In this document: positions 57,025 through 64,000 of the stretch, one piece after another
How positions within the stretch are numbered: position 1 is the first letter of the stretch
Layout: each line of letters begins with the position of its first letter
Assembly: GCA_024399495.1 (NCBI GenBank)
Contig: JAKSNY010000007.1
Coordinates: 40,516-104,515, forward strand
Reading direction: 5' to 3'
From: Paludibacteraceae bacterium
GTDB taxonomy: Bacteria > Bacteroidota > Bacteroidia > Bacteroidales > Paludibacteraceae
DNA length: 64,000 nucleotides
Translations under genes and position numbers: made by a program
The notes under the pieces: model-generated
What the model was told of the DNA's origin: nothing
The model's input: the letters and a program-made list of their open reading frames with translations, nothing else
The model's database searches: none

Positions 57025-58010
57025 TGAAGAAGAACATATTGGCAGTGGTTTTGCTCTCTGTTATGGGAGTGATACAAGTGTCGGCACAGGATTTTCTGTT
57101 GTCACAACCATGGTCTGCAACAACCGTAATCGCTCCTTCTTTTGCAGGGTTTACAAATGGCGGTAAGGTGTATGCGGTGTATCGTAATCAGTGGTCTTCA
57201 ATAAAAGGTTCTCAAACGGGGCTTGTAAGTTATGACCAGTATTTTCACCCGATACGCTCATCATTCGGGGCAAACCTTAATTACACATCGTATGCCACAG
57301 GTATGCTTGCCCAACTTCAGTTTAATTTGCAATACAACTATGCCGTACAGATAACAAAAGATTGGTTTTTTCGTCCTGCTTTACAAATAGGTTTGTTCTA
57401 TAGAACCGTTGACCCAAGTAAGGCCACATTTGTAGATCAGATAGCGGCAGATGGCTCCGTTGTAGGTGTAACACAATTTTCGCCTACACAGAGTTCTCTT
57501 GTAAGGTTTGACGCTGCGGTTTCAATAATGTTTCACGGACCATATTTCTTTGGCGGTGTGTGTGCAGACCGTCTGCTTGGAAACAATGTGTCCTTTACAG
57601 ACCAACCGTCAACCAAGCAATATTTTAAACTTAATGTGTTTGCAGGTGGTATGATTCCTATATCACAAGGATACGGCAAATATGATCCTAAAGATGATGT
57701 CACCATAGCCGCTCTTTATCAGTGGCAGGGTCAATATCATCAAATAGACATTGATGCCATGTATCATCGTAAATACTTTATGGTGGGTGTAGGTTATAGA
57801 GGCATTCCGTTCTACAGTCCCGATGGACTTACAAGCTCAGATGCCTTTAAGGTTATGGTTGGAGGCTCTGTTGCAGGTTTCAGTCTCTCTTACAGTTATG
57901 ATGTAAGTGTGTCAAATTTAGTGAATGTATCAGGTGGTAGTCACGAGATTGTGTTGTCGTATAGATTTATGGATTTCCGGCCTAATGACCGCAGATTCTT
58001 CTGCTACTAA
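57021..58010 (+). CDS. PorP/SprF-family T9SS outer-membrane protein (partner of type B CTD cargo)
   Basis: 329 aa with a signal peptide followed by QDFLLSQPWSATTVIAPSFAG, which resembles the PorP/SprF N-terminal motif. It is beta-barrel-like. Its start overlaps the adhesin stop as ATGA, the classic sprB-sprF arrangement. Confidence 0.75.
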   Translation: MMKKNILAVVLLSVMGVIQVSAQDFLLSQPWSATTVIAPSFAGFTNGGKVYAVYRNQWSSIKGSQTGLVSYDQYFHPIRSSFGANLNYTSYATGMLAQLQFNLQYNYAVQITKDWFFRPALQIGLFYRTVDPSKATFVDQIAADGSVVGVTQFSPTQSSLVRFDAAVSIMFHGPYFFGGVCADRLLGNNVSFTDQPSTKQYFKLNVFAGGMIPISQGYGKYDPKDDVTIAALYQWQGQYHQIDIDAMYHRKYFMVGVGYRGIPFYSPDGLTSSDAFKVMVGGSVAGFSLSYSYDVSVSNLVNVSGGSHEIVLSYRFMDFRPNDRRFFCY

Positions 58011-58022
58011 CCCGATGTACCG

Positions 58023-58472
58023 TCAAAGCCGTATTTGACGTGCAAACCCCTCTTTAAGAGATATTGTTATATCAGTAGATACAATTCCGCTTACAGAGTT
58101 TATCTTACTACTTAGCAATTCAAGTAGCGATGCGTTGTCGGTTGTGTAAACCTTGAGAAGTAAAGATGATTTCCCTGATGTTATGTGGCACTCCACAATT
58201 TCAGGGATTTTTTTCAGTTCCTCCGCTATGCCTTCCATATCTGCATCGGGTTGGAGATTTACCGATATAAAGGCACATGTGTTATACCCTATAAGGCTTG
58301 GCTCAAGCAAAAACACACTCCCCTTTATTACCCCGATGTTAGTAAGGTGCTGGATATGCTGGTGAATTGCCGCACCCGATACGTTGCATATGCGGGCAAT
58401 CTCCAAGAACGGAGTTTTTGCGTTTTCAGATAATATACTTAATATTTTTAGATCAAGTTGGTCTAAATTCAT
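58023..58472 (-). CDS. Lrp/AsnC-family transcriptional regulator
   Basis: 149 aa with an N-terminal HTH (LDLKILSILSENAKTPFLEIARICNVSGAAIHQHIQHL) and a C-terminal RAM-type domain. It overlaps the meaB stop by 4 nt. Confidence 0.85.
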   Translation of the reverse strand: MNLDQLDLKILSILSENAKTPFLEIARICNVSGAAIHQHIQHLTNIGVIKGSVFLLEPSLIGYNTCAFISVNLQPDADMEGIAEELKKIPEIVECHITSGKSSLLLKVYTTDNASLLELLSSKINSVSGIVSTDITISLKEGFARQIRL

Positions 58473-59557
58473 TTCTTGTTAAAATAAACGTCAAGCAAAT
58501 TGTGTGCGGCAACAAAAGAGCTTATTTCATCATTTACAACCTTCTTTTTATATTCTTCAAGCATAGCCTCTATCGTTGGATTTTGGTAGAAACTGTTTTT
58601 TAGGGTCTCGTCAATGGTTTCTGTCATCCAGTACTGTGTCTGTCGGCGACGTTTAATATCAAAATAGCCGTTACCCTTACAATGCTTTACATAGCGGTCT
58701 ATCATATCCCAAATTTCCGGAATGCCCACCTTGTGGAATGCGGAGCATAACAGAACCTCAGGTGTCCAGCCGCTCTCATGGGCTGGGAACAGATGTAGAG
58801 CATTCTTGAATTGGGCTTGGGCAAGTTTGGCACGTTCCAAATTATTGCCTTCGGCTTTGTTTATTATAATGGAGTCTGCCATTTCCATAATGCCTCGCTT
58901 TATGCCTTGCAGCTCATCACCGGCACCTGTGATTTGAATAAGTAAGAAGAAATCAACCATAGAGTGGACTGCGGTCTCTGATTGACCTACGCCTACAGTC
59001 TCAATAAAAATATTGTTGTAACCTGCGGCTTCGCACAAAACTATGGTCTCTCTTGTCTTACGAGCCACACCTCCAAGAGAGCCTGCTGATGGTGAAGGGC
59101 GTATAAAAGCCTTGTCGCTTACAGAAAGTTCCTCCATTCTGGTTTTGTCGCCCAAAATAGAGCCTTTTGACAGTCCGCTACTAGGGTCTATGGCAAGAAC
59201 GGCAAGTTTTTCACCCTTGTTTACAAGGTGCATTCCTAGTGCCTCAATAAATGTACTTTTGCCTGCTCCAGGCACACCGGTAATACCTATTCTTGTGGAT
59301 TTGCCAGATAGTGGCAGACATTTCTCAATAATCGCCTGTGCTGTTTTGTAGTGGTCAGGATTAGTGCTTTCAACTAATGTTACTGCTTGAGAAAGTATGG
59401 ATATGTTACCTTTGGCAATGCCTTCTACGTACTCGGCAACGCTAAAGTCATGTTTCTTGACTCTTTTTTTGAAATAGGGGTTTACAGATGGTGGTTGTAT
59501 TATACCCTGATTAACTGTAAGCCCCTTATATTCATTCTCGTTCTCTATATGATTCAT
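58469..59557 (-). CDS. meaB: Methylmalonyl-CoA mutase-associated G3E GTPase (MeaB/ArgK)
   Basis: 362 aa with Walker A GVPGAGKST plus the DPSS, ETVGVGQSE and INKAEG motifs. Confidence 0.85.
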   Translation of the reverse strand: MNHIENENEYKGLTVNQGIIQPPSVNPYFKKRVKKHDFSVAEYVEGIAKGNISILSQAVTLVESTNPDHYKTAQAIIEKCLPLSGKSTRIGITGVPGAGKSTFIEALGMHLVNKGEKLAVLAIDPSSGLSKGSILGDKTRMEELSVSDKAFIRPSPSAGSLGGVARKTRETIVLCEAAGYNNIFIETVGVGQSETAVHSMVDFFLLIQITGAGDELQGIKRGIMEMADSIIINKAEGNNLERAKLAQAQFKNALHLFPAHESGWTPEVLLCSAFHKVGIPEIWDMIDRYVKHCKGNGYFDIKRRRQTQYWMTETIDETLKNSFYQNPTIEAMLEEYKKKVVNDEISSFVAAHNLLDVYFNKK

Positions 59558-59964
59558 TATTGAGCAGGTTTAGCTTTTGGTATAACCTCGCCCTTAATAT
59601 TAAGAACTATAACTTTGGATTCGTTAGAAGCATCGTGGTATTTAACTGTGATGCTCTTTGAGAAATTACCAGGACGACCTGCAGGATTGTAGGTAACATT
59701 GATAAAACCTTTTTTCTTAGGAGCCACAGGGTCTTTTGTCCATTGTGGGGTGGTGCAACCGCAAGAAGCCTGAACATTATCAAGTGTTATGGCACTCTTG
59801 CTTATGTTGTTGAACTCAAATGTAGTGGTCACTTTACCACCGTCTTCTTGAATCTGACCAAAATCGTGTACTCTTTCTACAAATTCAATAGCCTGGTTGT
59901 CTTGAGCAAACAATGTTGCAGATACAGCCATCAAAATACCTAAAAATAATACTTTTGCTTTCAT
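59557..59964 (-). CDS. DUF1573-domain secreted protein
   Basis: 135 aa with a signal peptide. The block FEFNNISKSAITLDNVQASCGCTTPQW matches the DUF1573 signature (F.F.N.G...L.I..V..SCGCT). Confidence 0.75.
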   Translation of the reverse strand: MKAKVLFLGILMAVSATLFAQDNQAIEFVERVHDFGQIQEDGGKVTTTFEFNNISKSAITLDNVQASCGCTTPQWTKDPVAPKKKGFINVTYNPAGRPGNFSKSITVKYHDASNESKVIVLNIKGEVIPKAKPAQ

Positions 59965-60014
59965 TTTTAATAAAATATTAAAGATTTAAATTTTACATTT
60001 TTTAATGTTAGACG

Positions 60015-60022
60015 CAAAGGTA
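60015..60022 (-). promoter_or_regulatory. -7 box TAccTTTG for the DUF1573-meaB-lrp operon
   Basis: The plus strand reads caaaggta, so the minus strand reads TACCTTTG. It lies about 50 nt upstream of the ATG at 59964. Confidence 0.5.
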
Positions 60023-60070
60023 GTAAAAAAAGTTTAATGATGTTACTTTTTAAAGTAAAAAAACAAAAAT

Positions 60071-60180
60071 CACTACTCGTTACTCCGTAACTCGTACCGC
60101 TGTCACTACTCGTTACTCCGTAACTCGTACCGCTGTCACTACTCGTTACTCCGTAACTCGTACCGCTGTCACTACTCGTG
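60071..60180. repeat. Perfect 33-bp tandem repeat, 3.3 copies (cactactcgttactccgtaactcgtaccgctgt)
   Basis: Units span 60071..60103, 60104..60136 and 60137..60169, with a partial unit to 60180, and are identical by inspection. The array lies 50-160 bp upstream of the predicted promoter at 60015..60022 and downstream of guaA. Confidence 0.92.
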
Positions 60181-60335
60181 GCTTCGCCACTCGTGAAGAG
60201 TCTTCGCTCCTCGGCTAAAATAAGCAAGCTTATTTTATACTTTTAGTTCCGTTCGGATAAATGTGAATAAATTCACTTTATCCTACCGTAACTAAAAGAA
60301 ACTAAGTTTCTTAGTTTTAGCTCTCGTCGCTCGCC

Positions 60336-62129
60336 TCATTCCCACTCTATAGTCCCAGGCGGCTTGTGGGTGATGTCATACCACAAGGCACCGGCACCGG
60401 CGTTTTTCAGCTCATTCCATAACTTGCGGAGCAGTGAAGGGTCTATGGTTGCAAAATTTGCAGTCATAGCCTCGTTGCTGTTTACAGGACGCATTACAAC
60501 GCAAGGCTTATTATCAACGGTAAGCGGAACCAAGACCACAGGCATTTGCCAAATGGATTGGTACAGATTGTTATCCTGTATAAACTTGGTGCATATATGG
60601 TCAAAAGTACGCAGTTTGTCAAAATTCTCACGAATGGCATACTGAGCGATTGGTTTTGGTATATCATCGCTAACGGCACCTACCTGCCATACGGCACGGT
60701 TAATCTCCTTAAAGTGATTGGTTATCTCTGTGCTGAATTTCTCACAATCTTTCCAAGTTACATTAGCACTCTTTAATAGGAACGGTTGTGCGTATGTACG
60801 TCCGTCACCTTGAACGCCTACACTCTTTATTGGAAGAGCAACGCCTTCAATATTATTTGCTTTCAGATAATCATCAAGTCCTGCAATTTGAGCATTAGAT
60901 GCGTATGTCCCATTCCCGTCACTGCACAGCATTCTTACACCAAGTCCCGGACCTGGGAACGGATGCCTCCAAACAAGCTCTTTTGGAATGCCAAGTTCCT
61001 CGCCAAGCATACGCACCTCATCTTTGTATAGGTCTGCAAGTGGTTCAAGCAGCATACCCTTTTCCATTAAATCCATAACCTCTTTAACTCTATTATGGTG
61101 TGTCTTGATAAGGTCTGCGTTCTTAGTGCCGCCACTCTCTATGGTATCGGGGTAGATAGTGCCTTGAGCCATCATCCACTCATTAGGGTCAAGGTTAAGT
61201 TTACTCATCTCCTCATCCTTAACCTTAATAAAGCGTGCCCCTATAAGCTTGCGTTTCTGCTCAGGTGCAGTAATGCCAACCAAATCGCCAAGAAATTCCT
61301 CTGATGCGTCAACAACCCTTAAATTATTCATTCCTTCAGCCTTCAGAAACTCCATAATTTGGCTGCTCTCTCCAAGACGCATCATACCATTGTCTATATG
61401 CAGACCAAGCACCCTGTCAGCCCCTAACACTCTGTTTAGCAACACAAAAGCGACTGTGCTATCAACACCGCCCGATACAAGCAGGAACACCTTGCGGTCT
61501 TTAACCTCACTGCGTATTTTATTTGATATAAGCGGCAGATAACTCTTCATATCCCACTCACGCTTGCAACCGCAGATATTTATAAAGTTATCAAGCAGTT
61601 TCATTCCAAACTTGCTATGCGTAACCTCAGGGTGGAACTGAATGCCGTAAATTCTCTCACTATCAAGTGCTACGGCGGCAGTAGGACAGTCTTTTGTAGA
61701 TGCTATGATTTTGTACCCCGATGGCAGGTTCTCCACCACATCGCCGTGGCTCATCCACATCTGAGACTCAGCAGGAATATCTTTAAGCAGAGGGTGTGCC
61801 GCCTCTTTAACCTGTAGCATTGCAATGCCATACTCTTTAACCTTGCCAGCCTTAACGGTGCCGCCTTTTTGGGAAGCAAGCAACTGATGACCATAGCATA
61901 TACCAAGTTTAGGCACAGGTATGTTTATTATATCGGGGTTATACTCAGGGGCATTCTCATCATATACACTTGATGGTCCTCCACTATAGATAATGCCCAT
62001 AGCATCTTTAAGTTCCGATACAGGCGAGGCAGGTGAGTGGATTTCAGTAAAAACCCCTAATCTTCTAACTCTGTTTGCAATAAGATGGGCATATTGCCCT
62101 CCAAAATCAAGAATTACTATTTTTTGCAT
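60336..62129 (-). CDS. guaA: Glutamine-hydrolysing GMP synthase, long form (597 aa)
   Basis: The GATase domain shows ILDFGGQYAHLIANRVR, GICYGHQ and FHPEV. The ATP-pyrophosphatase domain shows VSGGVDS. The canonical C-terminus THKPPGTIEWE is present. Confidence 0.9.
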   Translation of the reverse strand: MQKIVILDFGGQYAHLIANRVRRLGVFTEIHSPASPVSELKDAMGIIYSGGPSSVYDENAPEYNPDIINIPVPKLGICYGHQLLASQKGGTVKAGKVKEYGIAMLQVKEAAHPLLKDIPAESQMWMSHGDVVENLPSGYKIIASTKDCPTAAVALDSERIYGIQFHPEVTHSKFGMKLLDNFINICGCKREWDMKSYLPLISNKIRSEVKDRKVFLLVSGGVDSTVAFVLLNRVLGADRVLGLHIDNGMMRLGESSQIMEFLKAEGMNNLRVVDASEEFLGDLVGITAPEQKRKLIGARFIKVKDEEMSKLNLDPNEWMMAQGTIYPDTIESGGTKNADLIKTHHNRVKEVMDLMEKGMLLEPLADLYKDEVRMLGEELGIPKELVWRHPFPGPGLGVRMLCSDGNGTYASNAQIAGLDDYLKANNIEGVALPIKSVGVQGDGRTYAQPFLLKSANVTWKDCEKFSTEITNHFKEINRAVWQVGAVSDDIPKPIAQYAIRENFDKLRTFDHICTKFIQDNNLYQSIWQMPVVLVPLTVDNKPCVVMRPVNSNEAMTANFATIDPSLLRKLWNELKNAGAGALWYDITHKPPGTIEWE

Positions 62130-62149
62130 AGCGTGTAACAGTTTTTCAA

Positions 62150-62157
62150 CAAAGGTA
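62150..62157 (-). promoter_or_regulatory. -7 box TAccTTTG for guaA
   Basis: The plus strand reads caaaggta. It lies 21 nt upstream of the guaA ATG at 62129. Confidence 0.5.
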
Positions 62158-62178
62158 CAAAGTTAAATAAATTTTCAT

Positions 62179-62186
62179 TAAATTTG
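62179..62186 (+). promoter_or_regulatory. -7 box TAaaTTTG for the BASS transporter operon
   Basis: TAAATTTG lies 21 nt upstream of the ATG at 62207. Confidence 0.5.
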
Positions 62187-62206
62187 CACTCTATAAAAGT
62201 AGAGTT

Positions 62207-63160
62207 ATGAACAGGTTTGTTAAATTCTGCAAAGAGTGGTCACTGCCCATATCCATAACGGTGGGGATAGTGTCATACCTTATATACCACTCGCTATCTC
62301 TGAGTGCAGACGTAAAGTGTGCCGTAAGAGAAACTACAGATATATTACAGCCTCTTCTTATTTTCCTGATGCTGTTTATAACTTTTTGCGATGTGGCACC
62401 TAAAGATATGCGTATAAAAAAGTGGCATATAATACTGTTTGCCATACAGGCGGTATTGACCATCGTATTCGGTATGCTGGCACTGTACTCTGCAGGAGAC
62501 AGCAGACTGCTGTATGAGGTTGCCATGTCATGTATAGTATGCCCCACAGCCACCGCATCGGGGGTTGTAACAAAAAAATTAGGAGGCGAGGTATCAGGCG
62601 TGCTTACCTATATAATAATCAGTAATCTGTTGGTCTCAATACTGATACCTACGTTTGCACCCCTTATAAATCCGTACCACGATTTGGATTTCTGGAGTGC
62701 GTTCATAAAAATAATAGTAAAGTTGTTCCCTATATTGGTGGGTCCTTTGTTCCTGGCTTGGATAATAAGATACGCATTGCCTAAATGGCACGCTTGGGTG
62801 CTGGTACGTACAGAGTGGGCATTCTATATATGGATAATCCTGCTTCCACTTGTTATGGCAGTGGCTACCAAGACACTGGTTCACAGCCATATAAGTTATG
62901 CTATGATGGGGCTGTTTGTGGTGGTGTCATTGGCATGTTGCCTGTTTCAGTTTGGCGTAGGCAAATGGATAGGGCATTTTTATGGTGAGACTATCACCGC
63001 AGGTCAGGCATTGGGGCAGAAGAACACCGCATCGCTGGTATGGATGGCATACAATTTTATGACACCTGTAGTGGCTGTGGCAGGCGGACTTTACGCTATA
63101 TGGCATAATAATTTAAATTCCTATCAGATTCATAGGGCAACAAAAAATAAAAAGCAATGA
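62207..63160 (+). CDS. Bile acid:sodium symporter (BASS/SBF) family transporter
   Basis: 317 aa, polytopic. The blocks CPTATASGVVTKKLGG......II.SNLL....P and GQKNTASLVWMA resemble the two SBF signature regions. Confidence 0.55.
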   Translation: MNRFVKFCKEWSLPISITVGIVSYLIYHSLSLSADVKCAVRETTDILQPLLIFLMLFITFCDVAPKDMRIKKWHIILFAIQAVLTIVFGMLALYSAGDSRLLYEVAMSCIVCPTATASGVVTKKLGGEVSGVLTYIIISNLLVSILIPTFAPLINPYHDLDFWSAFIKIIVKLFPILVGPLFLAWIIRYALPKWHAWVLVRTEWAFYIWIILLPLVMAVATKTLVHSHISYAMMGLFVVVSLACCLFQFGVGKWIGHFYGETITAGQALGQKNTASLVWMAYNFMTPVVAVAGGLYAIWHNNLNSYQIHRATKNKKQ

Positions 63161-63876
63161 AACACACATTTTTAGTAATTTTTGGTTTGGCGTTATCGCT
63201 CACAGTTATGGCAGAAGAGCCGGAGTACAGGTCTAAAAACTATCCCGATGGGGGGCTTATGTACGATGGATATTTTATAGGCGACAAGCCAGTGGAAATA
63301 ACCCGATATACGGAAGGGGGGCATATCCGGTCTCATCAGAAATTTGACTCCGAAGGTAATTCAACCGTAAAAATATATACACCTTCTGCCACTTCGCTTG
63401 CAGAGGGAGCATACAAAGGCAAGAACCGTGACGGCAAGTGGATGTTCTATTCTCCACGTGACGGTATACTGCTTATTACTGTTACATATAATAATGGCAT
63501 AAAGGACGGTTTTGCAGAGTTTTTCTTTCCAAGCGGCAAGCTGATGGAAACTGTAAATTATAAAAACGATACATTAGACGGTGAGCGTGTGAAGTATTTT
63601 GAGAACGGACAGAAACTTGCAGTCATGCACTATAAGAACGGTGTGCTTGATGGTGAATTCAAGTCATTTATAGACACGGGAGAACCTGATAGTGAGGGCA
63701 ATTATGTAAACGGCAAGCGTGATGGCGTATGGAAATTCCATGATGAGAAAGGTGCTGTAAAAGAATACAAATTTAAGAATGGCAGGTGCAGGAAATATGA
63801 AGATATGCTAAAGAAAGCCGATATGGAGAGCGAGATAGACCCACATATTCCTGAACCTGACTTTGTTAACAATTGA
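63157..63876 (+). CDS. MORN-repeat (YwqK-family) secreted protein
   Basis: 239 aa with a signal peptide. It carries repeated Y.NG..DG....Y/F motifs (YNNGIKDGFAEFF, YKNDTLDGERVKYF, YKNGVLDGEFKSF, YVNGKRDGVWKFH). It overlaps the upstream stop by 4 nt. Confidence 0.75.
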   Translation: MKHTFLVIFGLALSLTVMAEEPEYRSKNYPDGGLMYDGYFIGDKPVEITRYTEGGHIRSHQKFDSEGNSTVKIYTPSATSLAEGAYKGKNRDGKWMFYSPRDGILLITVTYNNGIKDGFAEFFFPSGKLMETVNYKNDTLDGERVKYFENGQKLAVMHYKNGVLDGEFKSFIDTGEPDSEGNYVNGKRDGVWKFHDEKGAVKEYKFKNGRCRKYEDMLKKADMESEIDPHIPEPDFVNN

Positions 63877-64000
63877 CAGTGGGCAGTGTCTTTAGCCAAA
63901 TATGTAATTCTGCCTTTATAGTCTTAAAACATTGTAATTTTTAATTCATGTACCAATGAAGCAGAAATAAATAAGCAACATAAACAATATTTTCCCAAAC

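Noticed and set aside
1-64000. Search for a defence system, toxin-antitoxin pair, retron/DGR reverse transcriptase, secretion-system effector island or biosynthetic gene cluster
   Set aside because: Every ORF longer than about 110 aa could be assigned to a housekeeping, envelope, transport or adhesin role. No nuclease/helicase/RT/ATPase combinations or core biosynthetic enzymes were seen. The YwqK/MORN protein at 63157..63876 has a signal peptide and no adjacent toxin gene within the window.

Overview
This 64-kb window is core chromosome from a Bacteroidota genome, probably Bacteroidales-like, at roughly 40% GC by eye. The phylum call rests on three things: TAnnTTTG -7 promoter boxes sit in front of almost every operon, type IX secretion genes are present, and the dcw cluster lacks murF.

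Gene order:
- partial porin-like gene
- cobalamin-riboswitch operon (beta-propeller lipoprotein plus TonB-dependent receptor)
- lipid kinase, lipocalin lipoprotein and an SMase-D-like phosphodiesterase
- panE
- four-gene amidohydrolase / NhaC / CstA / Ntn-hydrolase operon
- tRNA-Leu(CAA)
- manC-lptB
- nfo
- two small OMP paralogs
- ruvA-sprA-lptF/G
- complete dcw cluster from mraZ to ftsZ
- OlsB/GlsB-like N-acyltransferase
- 4473-aa SprB-like adhesin with its PorP/SprF partner
- lrp-meaB-DUF1573
- guaA
- BASS transporter
- MORN/YwqK protein

I found no transposase, integrase, CRISPR array, reverse transcriptase or recognisable defence island, so I cannot point to one clear-cut new multi-gene system.

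The most unusual observations are:
1. a secreted sphingomyelinase-D/PLD-like enzyme inside a small lipid module
2. an NAAA/acid-ceramidase-style Ntn hydrolase lipoprotein closing an amide-scavenging operon
3. an in-frame MurG-MurC fusion, and an FtsA that seems to lack subdomain 1C
4. a set of structured or tandem intergenic elements: 14-bp, 8-bp, 33-bp and 75-bp repeats, two roughly 120-160-nt imperfect palindromes inside the B12 operon, and a 27-nt element present twice

All functional calls come from motif recognition by eye and from memory of the families. No database search or folding computation was run.
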